A stretch of 64,000 nucleotides of DNA, taken from Centroscyllium fabricii (taxonomy: Eukaryota). The first letter of the stretch is position 1; every line of letters begins with the position of its first letter. The notes under the pieces were generated by a model that was not told the DNA's origin, did no database searches, and saw only the letters and a list, made by a program, of their open reading frames with translations. The stretch is from NCBI GenBank assembly GCA_051313645.2, contig JBNRSN020000004.1, positions 258,912,001-258,976,000 of the forward strand, in the 5' to 3' direction. This document shows, in pieces, positions 12,691-25,078 of the stretch. The position numbers were made by a program, and so were the translations under genes.

Positions 12691-13050
12691 ACATATGTGT
12701 ATTTTTATTTCTATTTTCCATCAACCCCATTCCATTTTTATTTGTTTTCCTGAATTTTCACATTGTATATATGTTTATCCAAGGTATATACTTAGCAAGA
12801 GTCCATTTTAACTTTGCTGTAACATAAAAAGTTAAGTTTTATATTTACAGTAGTAAGAAGGTATAGTTACACTACAGTTATAAATAGATATACTTACTCG
12901 ACCAATAAATGGACTGGAAGACTGAACCTTTTAGACACAATGCATATTTTTCATTCAAAACTACAAAACCTGTTGCTTATCTTTCATATGCACAGATTGC
13001 AAAATACCTATATTTCTATACTCTTAAAATGACAGATTTAGAAGAATTAT

Positions 13051-14573
13051 GGCCCTGAATTAGCGGTCAGCAGCGTAACTAAGGAGTACGCCACTGACAT
13101 CCAAGTGAAATCCGCACTTACCTCGTGCAAACCTCACTTTGAAAAGTTGCTCTCAAACGCTGCAGAGTTGTGCACAGTGTAGTGGCCCATGGATCCCAGG
13201 GATGCACCGTTGTACATATGTGAACTTGGGATCACGTGGGGCGGTGCTCCTTTTACTTTCTGACTCTTAGCCAATCAGGAAACAGAGGAGATTGCTGATT
13301 TGCCCACAACTCATTTTAAATAATTTAGTAGCCAGAAATATTGCAATAGTATTTAATACACAAACCAAGATTATACTGCACAAACCTATAATTACAGTCT
13401 TATAAACCTATCAAATTAATTTCTCCTCTACTGGACAAACTAACTTTTGATTAATCTAAAATTGAGAGTTTACATGTCTGATAATATGAGGAAGTCATGA
13501 AAACGAGTTAAATCCTATCTAAATAGAAGTTGGGAATTAAACTTAAATTAAAAAGGCTTTTGGGCACCAAGACAATGACACAAAAAGGCCCTGTTTTCAA
13601 ACCTGAAGCAATTAAAGTTTCTTTCAAAGTCTGTAACCACTCAGACACAAACCAGTGCCTCATTGTAATGGGCTGTAGCATAAACAAATACAATTTTCTC
13701 ATCCCACCTGCCCTTACGCTGTGCGATAGGCTCCTGCACCTGTTTGTATTAGATGTAAAACTTTTCAGGTTAATTAATGTATACAGCCCGTAGTAGGTGG
13801 GCAATTAGCCCAACTTTTCGCCAGCACATTGATTTGAATGGGTAGGTGAAACATGCAACAAAGCCGATGTGCAGTCAGAACTTGACAGATCATAAGGTTG
13901 GGATTTAGCGCATACGGAAATCCCAAATTTGCAGTCAATTTCAAAGGCTGTATGACATAAAAACATAGAAGATAAGAGGAGTAGGCCATTCGGCCCCTTG
14001 AGCCTGCTCCGCCATTCAATGAGATCATGGTTGATCATCCAAATTCAGTACCCTGTCCCTGCTTTCTCCCCATATCCCTTGATCCCTTTAGCCTTAAAAA
14101 ATACATCTAACTCCTTCTTGAATATATTTATTGAATTGGCCTCAACTGCCTTCTGTGGTAGAGAATTCCACAGGTTCACTACTCTCTGGGTGAAGAAATT
14201 CCTCCTCCTCACTGTCCTAAATGGCTTACCTCTTATCTTTAGACTATGACTCCTGGTTCTGGACTCCCCGGCCATTGGGAACATCCTTCCTGCATCTAGT
14301 CTGTCTAGTCCTGTTAGAACGTTATAAGTTTCAATGAGATCGCCTCTCATTCTTCTAAACTCCAATGAGTATAAGCCCAATCGACCCAATCTCACCTCAT
14401 ACATCATTCCTGCCATCCCTGATATCAGTCTGGTGAATCTTTGCTGCACTCCTTCCATGACAAGAACATCCTTCCTCAGATAAGGTGACCAAAACTGCAC
14501 ACCGTACTCCAGGTGTGGTTTATGACGATGTACTCTGAGAGCACGCTGTCATACCAACTGCAAATTTAGGGCC
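13051..14573. mobile_element. Harbinger-type MITE containing a CR1 insertion
   Basis: TIRs GGCCCTGAATTAGC / GCAAATTTAGGGCC with 3-bp TSD TAT. Confidence 0.75.
13957..14520 (-). mobile_element. 5'-truncated CR1 (HER1-like) LINE
   Basis: ORF 14045-14500 has CR1 ORF2 C-terminal motifs ([39 protein letters not shown]). (TTCTATG)-type tail. TSD TATGAC at 13951-13956 and 14521-14526. Confidence 0.92.
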
Positions 14574-14639
14574 TATGTTTCCGTTATTCTGGTTTTACAC
14601 TGGCACTAAATTGCTGCAATATCATCACAGTATACTGAT

Positions 14640-15345
14640 CATAGAAACATAGAAACATAGAAACTAGGAGCAGGAGGAGGCCATTCGGCCCTTCGCGCCT
14701 GCTCCGCCATTCAATGAGATCATGGCTGATCATCCAAACCCAGCACCCCGCCCCTGCCCTATCCCCATATCACTTGATCCCTATCGAGCCTGCATCAACA
14801 CATATCCCACCCTATCCCCGTAACCCCACATATTCAATCCCCCTAACACTAAGGGTCAATTTATCCTGGCCAATCAACCTAACTCGCACATCTTTGGACT
14901 GTGGGAGGAAACCGGAGCACCCGGAGGAAACCCACGCAGACACGGGGAGAATGTGCAAACTCCACACAGATAGTACCTGAGGCTGGATTTGAACCCGGGT
15001 CTCCAGTGCTGTGAGGCATTTTTTTTTTTTTTAAACTCAGCACTCCGTCCCTGCCCTCTCCCCATATCCCTCGATCCCTATCGAGCCTACATTGACACAT
15101 ATCCCACCCTACCCCCGTAACCCCACATATTCAATCCCCCTAACACTAAGGGTCAATTTATCACAGCCAATCAACCTAACCCGCTCATCTTTGGACTGTG
15201 GGAGGAAACCGGAGCACCCGGAGGAAACCCACGCAGACACGGGGAGAATGTGCAAACTCCACACAGATAGTACCCGAGGCCGGATTTGAACCCGGGTTTC
15301 CAGTGCTGTGAGACAACAATGCTAACCACTGTGCCACCGTGCCGC
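14640..15345 (-). mobile_element. Head-to-tail dimer of tRNA-derived SINE (HE1/V-SINE-like, CR1 tail)
   Basis: tRNA-like head GCGGCACGGTGGCACAGTGGTTAGC...GGGTTCAAATCC, V-domain-like core TGTGTGGAGTTTGCACATTCTCCCCGTG and a CR1-shared tail. Two copies are joined by an A-run at ~15019-15032. Confidence 0.9.
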
Positions 15346-15685
15346 AATCGTTCCGGATTTGGTGCCCTTTTAAGTTAAGACATTGACTGGGCATCCATGT
15401 TATGTTGGCTGCTTGATAACATTTGAAACCAACAGAATGTAGATAAGCTCTGATCAATTTTCTTACTGGTTACCTTCAAAAGTTGGCGCACCTGTGCACA
15501 TTAGTAGGCCAAACCATGCGGAGTGATTCTCTGAGTGTTGGAGAAAACTGGAGCCCCAGGAAACATATCCCACAGGTGTGAGTGCAGTGATACCATCTCA
15601 TTCGGAGAGCATCAGCGCTGATACTGCTGTTTTAGATGTAAAAATGTCTTTAAAATGGAACCACATCTCCTCTGCCAGACAAATT

Positions 15686-16435
15686 GGGGGAAAAATGAGG
15701 TGCCTTGCGTTCCATTAGCAGCCCTCTTGCGGTGCTAATGGCTGGCGCAAGCAACCTCCCACGATATTAAGCGAGGCATTGGCAGTGGCGGCAACCGGTA
15801 GTGCCCCGTGGCACCGCGCCACTGGTGATTACATCATCGCTGTGCGCAGCGCCCCGCATGTATCCTAGCCACGATCTTGAGTCCTGCCCGCTGACATACC
15901 ACTGGACGCTGTCATCAACAGGGTCAGGGGGGCGTACTTGCAGCCGGGGCAGCGCTATTTAAAGGGGGGGTGCCAGGCGGCCATTTTTCTTGCTGACCGA
16001 CTGCCAGCATTTTCCCGCTCTGCTGTTCCCGGCCTTCCCCGATGCCCCCCTCCCCCCCGCCGGGAGTGCTGGCTGTGCTCCGTGAGCCCGGCACTTACCT
16101 CGAGTGCCGGGCTCATTTGGCGGCATTCCGAGTCCTCGTGGTCCAACGGGTCTCCGGGCCGTGTTGCGCTAGGCCACTCTCCTTTAAGAAGGGGAGTGAG
16201 GCCTGCAGTACCGCGGCAAGGCGCTCTGCGGAGCGCTGCGCTCTGCGGAGCATGGCGTGCGGCAAGCAGTCGCCCGAAATTGAGTGGTAGCACCCAAAGA
16301 ACGAGGTGGGGTGCCTGCAGTAGTGCCCCACCTCCTACTTGGGGTGCTAAAACCCAATTTCAGGCAGTCCGGCGCTAACTTTAGCGCCCCGCCGAGGTTA
16401 GCGCCCCAAACAGGGCGCAACCCAATTTTTCCCCC
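15686..16435. mobile_element. GC-rich MITE-like non-autonomous DNA transposon
   Basis: Termini GGGGGAAAAATG / CAATTTTTCCCCC with a sharp GC/CpG-rich boundary against AT-rich flanks. No credible protein. Confidence 0.65.
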
Positions 16436-19400
16436 TTGGTCTTTAAGGAGTATTCACAACATTCATGTATCTTTATTTGGGAGATCAAATTTTATTTTGT
16501 TTTTTAAACATGGACATGAAAGCAATTGTGAAGTGTGGGGAAGAGGAGGTCATGAATTAGTACTTAATAATTTATTCAATTAAAATAAAATGTGCTTAGG
16601 CTCATAATTACTCAGAAAACAGTTGAATTATGACATTGACTTACCGTCAGCATCAAATATTGTATTTTTAGTTCCAACCATACCAAGGAAAAGTTTTACT
16701 TTGTACAAGGCTGGCTGCTTATAAAACTGAAGAACTTTGATGAAAGCAACCTCATTGTTAAATGCATCGTAACTCCATTTGTTGAGTTCATCCATCCTAG
16801 GATTTGGTGCTGCACATGAATTGAGAAGTCTTAAAATGTAACCCTATCCAATCTGCCTGCCCCTTTTTTTCACTAAATAATCTCAAAAAAAGTTTGCAAA
16901 GACCACCGCAGCGTGTCAAGGGTCACCTGAGCTTTCCTTTATTTTCTATATTTTTTTCCTTTTGCAGCTTTCACATAAGATTACAGTTATATTGTGCTTT
17001 GGAGTAAGATGCACCTAAATACAGCTGAAAGTTGTGTCAAGCATCGGTGGGTGTGTCTGCTGAACTCTGCGACTTGCTGTTCCCAGCTGGGCTATGCCAT
17101 TGTGCAGATATTCACCCAATGCACTCGTGAAACTGGATAAATGGATTAGGGGGATCAGAGACACCGCCAGCATCTTGAAAAGGAAAGCAGCAGCTTACAA
17201 AAGGGATGACATTTGTGTACCAGGGCAGAGGGTGTGTGAATACTCTGCCTCTGCCAAAGGGACAAGACAAGTGATAAACTTTTAACAGTAGCCACCTCAA
17301 TCTGGTCCATTACTCCAACCAGATGAAAGATTTCTTATTGGAGAATTATTTGCAACCTGTGTGGAGTCATCAGCAGTCGAAAGTGATAAATTAAATGGGC
17401 CCATAAAGTTCACATAATTGCACTTTGTTGTATATGGGTCAGCAGTGTGCTTTGAAATGTGAAATACTGTCTATCGTTAAATGACTTCTGTAACCCCACA
17501 ATATAAAAGGATCCTAGTTTAAAATAACACAGTACTCAACTGCACAATGTGAAAGGAAGGATTTAAAAACTGAAATTAAGCACATTTGTAGAAAACACAC
17601 CATGTATCCAGGCTGCTATATTCAGTGTTCAATTGTATGCAATCATACATTTATGGAACTAAATTATCTGTGTGTAATTATTGTTTTGTTTCTATTTGGG
17701 CTGCAAAAATATGGGTTGTGTCAATCATTCAACATACACTTTCAGGTTGGTACAAACAGAATGCATTCTGCACTGAAGATCCACAAGCTAAAAGCACCTT
17801 AGAAATGGACAAAAATCCCAGTTTACAATGCAATACATTCTCAAGTAAACAATGTACAAGAAAGTCTATATTATACTTTAGCATTAGTGAAGTTGTTTTA
17901 TTTTAGTTGCAATTAACATCAATTTACTTACCTTTAGCCCATTTTTAAACGCAATTTAACTGTTCTAAACATTTTTACCAGAACACAGCTCTTAACTTCA
18001 CAGAACCAGTGCTGCTACTGACCAGCGACCTACGTAGGTGGCCTATAACTTACTTTCACAAAATTTTCATGATTACGTCAACAAAACTATGGCATTTTGG
18101 TTTATGATATTTCAACGAGTTTGGATAATTATGTGTATCTTGTAAGTTAACGATGAGCTTTTTATTTGGTTTATTTATAGTCTGGCTACTCCCTTGTTGC
18201 ACAATGGTGGGTCACCAACAAGCACAAAGTTGCATTCTTCCGCTGAGACATGTTAGCTGAAGCTGGACTTTTTCGTAATTCTTCCTCACCCGTTTCGTGT
18301 CGGATTGTTTAGGAACACATTATACCCTTGCTTATGAACATGTGCTTATGAGCGATTATTAATGATAAAAGTACCTGACAGTTGTAACTCACTAACCAGA
18401 ATCTAGAGAGATGCCTGGTATACATAAATACATTGGGTATTTTATAACCTTCATTTCTGTGGATCGGCTAAATTTCAGGCTCTGTAAAAATTCTCTCAAA
18501 GACCAAGATGTTTGGCGCCATTGCGGGGTCATGAAAGCAGTGAGTGGCCATGTCTCAAGGAGCAGATATCCCAGGCGGTGCGGTGACAGACCCTGTTTAC
18601 CTCCCTCTCCCCTTCATCCTTTCAGTTGGGAGACTTTATTTTCCACTTTCTATCATAGCCCTTTTATCAATATCAAGACACACATCTTTTAACCATATGA
18701 CTTTTTTTCTGTGTGGCCCTGTCCTCTCTTATTTCCTTTCAAATAATAATTCTTATGTACACATGCAAGGTCTTTTTTTTTAACTTGACAGTATAAATTA
18801 TTAGTCACTAGTTTTCCAACACTGGGCCAAAGCTGCTGCTATAAAGAAAAAAAACACAAACCGCTTTTAGTGGTACCATTTGGTTTCAGAAGGTAATATT
18901 ATTTATGCATAGAACAGTTACTGTAGTTCTAATTATTGTTAAAATTAATAATTTAAAACATTAGACAGTCAGCCTCCCTGAGGCAGCTTGCAGTTATTGT
19001 GCGTGTATATTATCTTTGGTTCCACTATTTTGGATAATGCTATTGATATTCATTCATTAGCCATTTATTATGATTATTAATAATGATGTGTTTATATGTG
19101 TTTATTATAGCGTCGTGGAATGACTAATGCAGTGTTCCATTAACGGTTGTTATCTAGTGTTTGCCATTCCCCACATCCTGGCGGGATGCAATAAAATATC
19201 GCTGCAAGGAATAGAATAATGAGGGATTCAACCGTGATTATTGCTCATTAGACACTTCACTGTACATTTATTACTAAATGAATAATTATATCCATATAAA
19301 ACCATAGTATTGTAGCTCACGGCCAAAATAAGTTACTAATCTCAAGCTGGCTTGTAACAGTACAAACAACTGTGACACCAGGAGGTTATTTTATGCGACA

Positions 19401-22400
19401 CTGTCTTGCAAAACGTTGTGTGTGTGTGTAAAAGGTGAAAAAATAAGCAAATTTGATTTGTTGAAGTGAATGTGTTTCAGTGAGAGATTCTTAATGGCTC
19501 TGGCTGTAATATTGAACTAATCGGCCTCGTTTTATTAATAATCATTCATCAGTTGTTTAAGTAAGAGTCTGTTTGACATTTCAGTGTTGGGCATGACTGC
19601 AGGGACTTCTCTCGAGTCATTTACAAGGACGATTGGAACTTTATAGCGTATGATTCATAGAGTCTTATAGTACACAGGAGCCGCGGTGCCTGTTACATTA
19701 ATCAGTCAGAGTAGTAAAACATAGAAATGAATATGAATTCACCACTTTCTGCAGGAGATAAATGTGCTTGTGAATCATTGATTAATGCTTAAAAAGTGGG
19801 CAAAACAATAAATGAAACAGCCCCCGCCCCCCAAAAAAAGTGAATGAAACTTGCAAGAGCTTTACAACGGATCCACAGCGCTTTGGTAAGGCGTTTGACT
19901 CCCTTCATACGCTCAGCTGCTTTCCTGTATTTATCCAAAAATAAACTTCAGGAATAACTCCGCTCAATGTGCAGGAGGGGGTGGGGGACGAGGGAGGGGG
20001 CTGGAGGAAACTAACTAGCAAATCGGTTGATCTGGATGCACTGAGCTTTAACAAGAGTTCGTTTGTTATACAGCTATTTGGTAGTTCTGAGGAGGTTGCA
20101 TTATCTTTAATTTAGTCGTCAAAAGTATTTACTCAAAAGTCAATAGAGGTGAGTTCATGTTTTTTCTGTTACAGAACACATCTATCTATAGGTTGTCATC
20201 TCACTGGAGTATTCTGCCATGTGTCGGTCTGTTCACTCGGCGGGACAGTCGCATTCCGCCACACTGGTCCAGGCAACTTGTGTTCCCGGTATTTCCACAA
20301 CCGTAAAAAACTAGCAAACAATAAATGACCGCGGAGCGAACTGTGTATTTATGAAATATCACCATCACATGGTAGTTGCCTTACCTCAAAAATGTTTCTA
20401 TACAGCTGCTCGCGGCGTGTCTGCAAGCTAAAAGATGTTGAGAATAGGAATGACTGTTTACCGAAACTGGTCCGATTCTCTTCCCACATTCAGATGAGAA
20501 CGGCAGCGCCGGGCAGCATTGTAATGTCGACAAGTGCTGTTAGTATTAACATTGTGGGGTTAAACGCGGTTCTTGGGGGAGGGAAGGGGAGGGAGCATTT
20601 TGCTGAATATCTTTTTCACTCTTAACCCCGGATTATTGACTGTCGAGGTGGCTCATTCGCTGACCCGCAGGAGGAGACTCGAGGCTTTTTCACCTCATCT
20701 CCTCCCCAGCTCGCTCGAAAATTCCTTCGCATCACTTGGCCGTCCTCTGACTTATAGATTTATTTATATTAAAAACAGCGGTGAAGATTTGTAAAACATA
20801 TTTTTTTAATCAGTTCCTTAATTCGACGCTTGACCGAACAGTTTGAATCTTGTTTGGAGCAACACTGGCTATTTCCAGTCTACCGACCAATGTTCTGCAC
20901 AAGCTGCGCTGCTGCGGCTTCAAAAGTGCCTTCGTGGGACATGAAAGGCGGATCCTTAGTTTGGTAAACTGTCATTGCAGTTTGTTGAGTATTTGTTTAA
21001 GTGCCGTTATAACATTACCAAGCTGTATTTAAAGTTACCGTGAGACGAGTGGCACAGACTCCCAATGTGCGCAGAATCTGCAGTAGGATTAGTTTTCACC
21101 AGCGAAGGATTTAACTATAAAGATTTTTTTTTTAATTTTAGTGGATTGTTCTTTAAAGGAACAATTCACTCTCAGCCAGATTTCAGTATTATCTCCTGGA
21201 AGTCTGCAGCTGTAGCATTTAATAAACTTACTCATCGCACGGATTCGCCTTTGCTGTACTTTACAGAAAATAAATCTGCTCTACAGTTGTTGAGTAACTT
21301 GCCGCTTTAATGTGTTCCGCCGTAGTGTCTTTATTTCTATCTATCTATTTACATCACAAACTCAGATGGACGGTGGGATGACCCGGGCGTGTCTCTGTCA
21401 GTCTGTCTGCTCCGGCCTCTCTGAATGGCTGCGACAGGAAGTGTTGGAAAATAACAGGAGAAGGGAGAGGGGGCAGCACATGGGTGGGTGGGGAACGGAT
21501 CTATTTTGCAGCAGGCAATTATTTGAAATTGGTGGTGAAGGATTAGTCTTGTGTGATTTCGATGTGTTGCAAGAATTCGAAGTTTCCCCATCAGTTTTGT
21601 TGTAAAGTCGGAAAATTGTGCGGCTGGTAAATGAATCCATACAATTTGGGGATGGATTAAGTGGGGGGCAGACACCAAATGGAACTTCGGTTCATTTAAA
21701 GCGAATCAAATTCCAAAACTCATTTTCAAAATGCAAGCTGTATCTTCTGACTTCAGTACAAGTGAGATGGTTACAATCCTCCCAGAGCCTGCTTTTTCTG
21801 AAAGGCCCCGGGACTGAGAGAGTGCTTTATCTGTTCCCAGACTCTCCTTTCGCACTCGGCAAACCGTTTCTGTTGCTGGTATTATTTTAATGAATGTCTA
21901 GAAAAGAAAGCAACAGCAGCAACAAAAATCCACAGGATCCATTCTACACCTTTCTGAGATGACGCTTCGCCTTTGATGATCTCGCAGTTTCTCGCGCTTC
22001 ATTCTTTGTTATCCTGATTATTTTTTGAGAAGAATTGACGTAGATTTAGACACGCTCAAAACCTCTATAAAAACCTGCAATCAACACATGAGCAAAGCTG
22101 GGGGCGGGGTGGGGGTTTATTCTAATCAAATAAATCTGAACGTGCAGTATACAAAAATCTCAACTGGTTAAAAGCAAGAAATCCCTATTCAAAGGGCATG
22201 ACTGGATTAAAAGATTCCCAGTGCGGTGGGGCAAGGTTGCGGCACAGCAGTGATGTGGCGTTGTGTGCTCAAAAGGGCTGCAATGTTCCTATGGGTGGCA
22301 GCCTGTGATTGAGTTCTCCACCTCTCTCTAGGAGAGTGTGGAAAACGCCGGAAAACGCTGAGTCTTAGTTCAGTGTGTGTAAAATGCGCGATTCCTCTGG

Positions 22401-22556
22401 CTGCGTGTGTGGCTGCGCGTTTCCTCCGTCTGCAACTTAAAAGTGTGAGATATAAGGCTGCAGCTCGGAAACCTTTCGGCTGAAATCATACGCAAAGTAA
22501 CTAAAACAGTAAAACCGCGGAGTGCGCGACCGAGAGTTACTTCCGCGTCCAGCATT

Positions 22557-22617
22557 ACAAATGTAAGAAGTCACACAACACCGTCCAGCCCAGTCCAACA
22601 CCGGCATCTCCACATCA
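22557..22617. mobile_element. Internally collapsed Penelope-like pseudo-LTR copy
   Basis: Contains the arm start AATGTAAGAAGTCACACAACACC joined to the reverse complement of the extension at 22654-22686. It is flanked by the near-duplicate CAGCATTACA / CAGCACTACA. Confidence 0.65.
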
Positions 22618-22740
22618 CAGCACTACAAAGACCGAGGCCCTTCCCTATCCTTAATGTGGAGGTGCCGGTGTTGGACTGGGGTGGACAAATGCAAGAAGTC
22701 ACACAACACCAGATTATAGTCCAACGGTTTTATTTTAAAT

Positions 22741-22775
22741 CACAAGCTTTCGGAGCGCTGCTCCTTCCTCAGGTG
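22741..22775 (-). ncRNA. Minimal type I hammerhead ribozyme motif (minus strand)
   Basis: Reverse complement of the 22798-22832 motif. Confidence 0.65.
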
Positions 22776-22797
22776 GACAGACAGACTTCTGTCTGTC

Positions 22798-22832
22798 CAC
22801 CTGAGGAAGGAGCAGCGCTCCGAAAGCTTGTG
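22798..22832 (+). ncRNA. Minimal type I hammerhead ribozyme motif
   Basis: CAC-CUGAGGA-A-GGAGC AGC GCUCC-GAAA-GC-UU-GUG: CUGANGA and GAAA boxes, 5-bp stem II and a palindromic AGCU stem III, as in Penelope-associated hammerheads. Confidence 0.68.
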
Positions 22833-22959
22833 ATTTAAAATAAAACCGTTGGACTATAATCTGGTGTTGTGTGACTTCTTGCACTTCCCTATCCTGTGTG
22901 TAAGTGCGCTGAGGGTATGGCTGGCCTCTCCCATGTGTGAAAATAGACACGTTGCATGG

Positions 22960-23150
22960 GTAAAAAGCAAAATATTGCGGATGCTGGAAATCTGAAATAA
23001 AGACAGAAGATGTTGGAAACACTCAGCCGGTCAGGCAGCATCTGTAGAGAGAGAAACAGGGTTAACCATAGGGTTATAGAGTCCTGACGAAAGGTCAACG
23101 ATCTGAAAAGTTAACCATATGTTTCTGAGTATATCCAACATTTTCTATTA
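22960..23150. mobile_element. Second Penelope-like repeat family remnant with degenerate hammerhead core
   Basis: GATGCTGGAAATCTGAAATAAAGACAGAA...GGCAGCATCTGTAGAGAGAGAAACAG. The core CTGACGA-AAGGTC-AAC-GATCT-GAAA lies at 23084-23108. Confidence 0.6.
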
Positions 23151-24698
23151 TTACTTCACATGGGAAACTGCGAAACCCTCTGTACCTAGGTCTCTAAACA
23201 CTGTAAAGATTGTGAATGCCTGTGAGCCTCCTTCACACTTTGTATAGACAGTGATCTCCATCAGATGGGTTTAAATATACCGGGAGGAGCACTGCGAGCC
23301 TCCTGGGTGATGGTGTGGAAGTTGGCCTGTGATGGGCGAGCTGCCTCCCCCACGTCTGCTGGTGTCCATAGGGGGAGCTCGAGTCCCACAGTTTCCACAC
23401 GCTTCACTTCCAGCTGCTCCAACACAACACTCGGCTCCTGCAACCAGCACGCCACGTCAAAATTAGCAAGCTCTCCTCCGAAAGAGATGGGTTTCCTTTC
23501 AGTGTGAAGTGAAACTCCGTCTAACTGAACCAACCTGTGACAACGTGGAGTTGAGGAAATCAGCGACACAAGGCTAGCGTGTTCGTTTTAAACAAAATAC
23601 GAGATTACAGCCAGGCAATATTTCAGCCTCACAATATAATTGATAAATATTGCTGTTAAAGAAATGAAAAGAAAGTTAGGGTCTGATAACTTGATGCCAT
23701 ATATATTTAAGTTACTATTTAAAACGTACTTTGGAAACGTCTTTAACGTTTCACCTCTTTAATAGCTGACATATGCAACATGTTTTACTTTGATTCAATT
23801 TTTTGAAGATCCGAACAATATCATTTAAATACATTTAGAATTATTTCAAATCTTGTAAAATGACCAAGTCATTACTCTGGAGTCAACGTCAATGTTTTTT
23901 TAATTAAATATTCTGCCACACCCCGACATTTTCGTTAAATAGCATTATTTAAAAACGCGTCGTATATAAAGACATCAGAATCAAATATAATCTTTCTTTT
24001 TCATAATCTTATACAAATGACAAACTGTGTTCTCTGTGTCTAAATACCACTGATAATGTAACTGTATCGCTCGGGAGGAAGAGCTGTTTTTTGTGCTTGT
24101 CAGACAGCAGCAGAAGCGTTATTCCCAATGAAGTGAGATCAGCCAAACAATCGATACATGGTGCCCTGATGCTTTGTTAATATTTTATTTCACAGTTGCT
24201 ATTATTTCCGATACGTGATGAGCTTGACTTTTTTTCTCCCCCACCTCCCTGTTTGAACACAGCCTTCCCATATTATTTTTTAATTGCTTTAGCAGCTGTT
24301 TGCTTCACAGAGCTCCCCCTTTTCCACCAGGAGCAGCCATCTGTCGAGTTAGTAGCACCTTAAAGGTCACTGATTGGTTTCATTGGGGACCGGCAGAATA
24401 AACACTGCAACATTTACTTTGCTGAGCCCCCAACCTTGTTTGGAACCATTTTCTGTCTCTCCCTCAGCCTCCCCTTTTTTGTCAACGCTACATTTTAAAT
24501 AAAAGAATCCTGACAGCAGCAATAAAACTGTGACTACAAAAATACGCTCAGACTGTTTTTTAATGTCCCTCCCACCCCCCCCCCCCCCCCAATACACTGA
24601 CATTCTTTTAAAATCTCTGTAAAATGTGAATTTCTGAAAATTAATACAAGTTCGCGTAAGGTTATATGGAGATGGGAGTTCGTTCTAATTTCTTTTAG

Positions 24699-24704
24699 TT
24701 TATT
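24699..24704 (-). terminator. Candidate polyadenylation signal of irx1
   Basis: AATAAA on the minus strand ~320 nt after the stop codon. Confidence 0.5.
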
Positions 24705-25023
24705 AGACAAAAATATATGATTTTGACAAGTTCTGCTCACGCGCTTATTTACAATTATAATCACTCTATATACATAAAAACACGGGACGTGGGAAAAATA
24801 ATTACCAAACCAATAATAATTGCGTCAGGAAAAAATCAATTAGAATAACACGTGCTGATATGTTACAATGTCAAATAAATCGTTACATATTTGTCAAGTT
24901 TTTGAAAGGGTTTTTGCATTGCCCGACACTGGCGGCGGGAAAAGATGAAGTAAATTAGCTTTTTTTTTAATTTTCCTTTCTGTTTTCTTCTTTCTTTTCA
25001 TATTTTTTTCCCGTAACCCTTCC

Positions 25024-25078
25024 TCAGACGGAAGAGATGGTTGCTAAAACTCGTGTTCCTTCCTGCTGAGGCCGTGAG
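25024..25078 (-). CDS. irx1: irx1 coding exon 4
   Basis: Acceptor TTCTTTCAG|[24 protein letters not shown]. Confidence 0.82.

Larger units (their letters stand above)
22652..22883. mobile_element. Penelope-like inverted pseudo-LTR element (perfect 96-bp-arm palindrome)
   Basis: 22690-22785 is the exact reverse complement of 22788-22883. 12-bp TSD CTTCCCTATCCT at 22640-22651 and 22884-22895. Hammerhead cores are present in the arms. Confidence 0.85.

Noticed and set aside
15938-16583. Overlapping GC-rich ORFs or a CpG-island gene
   Set aside because: They lie within a TIR-bounded MITE, and long frames are expected from GC content.
21300-21890. Cluster of 80-109 aa ORFs
   Set aside because: No recognisable domain, splice structure or consistent strand.
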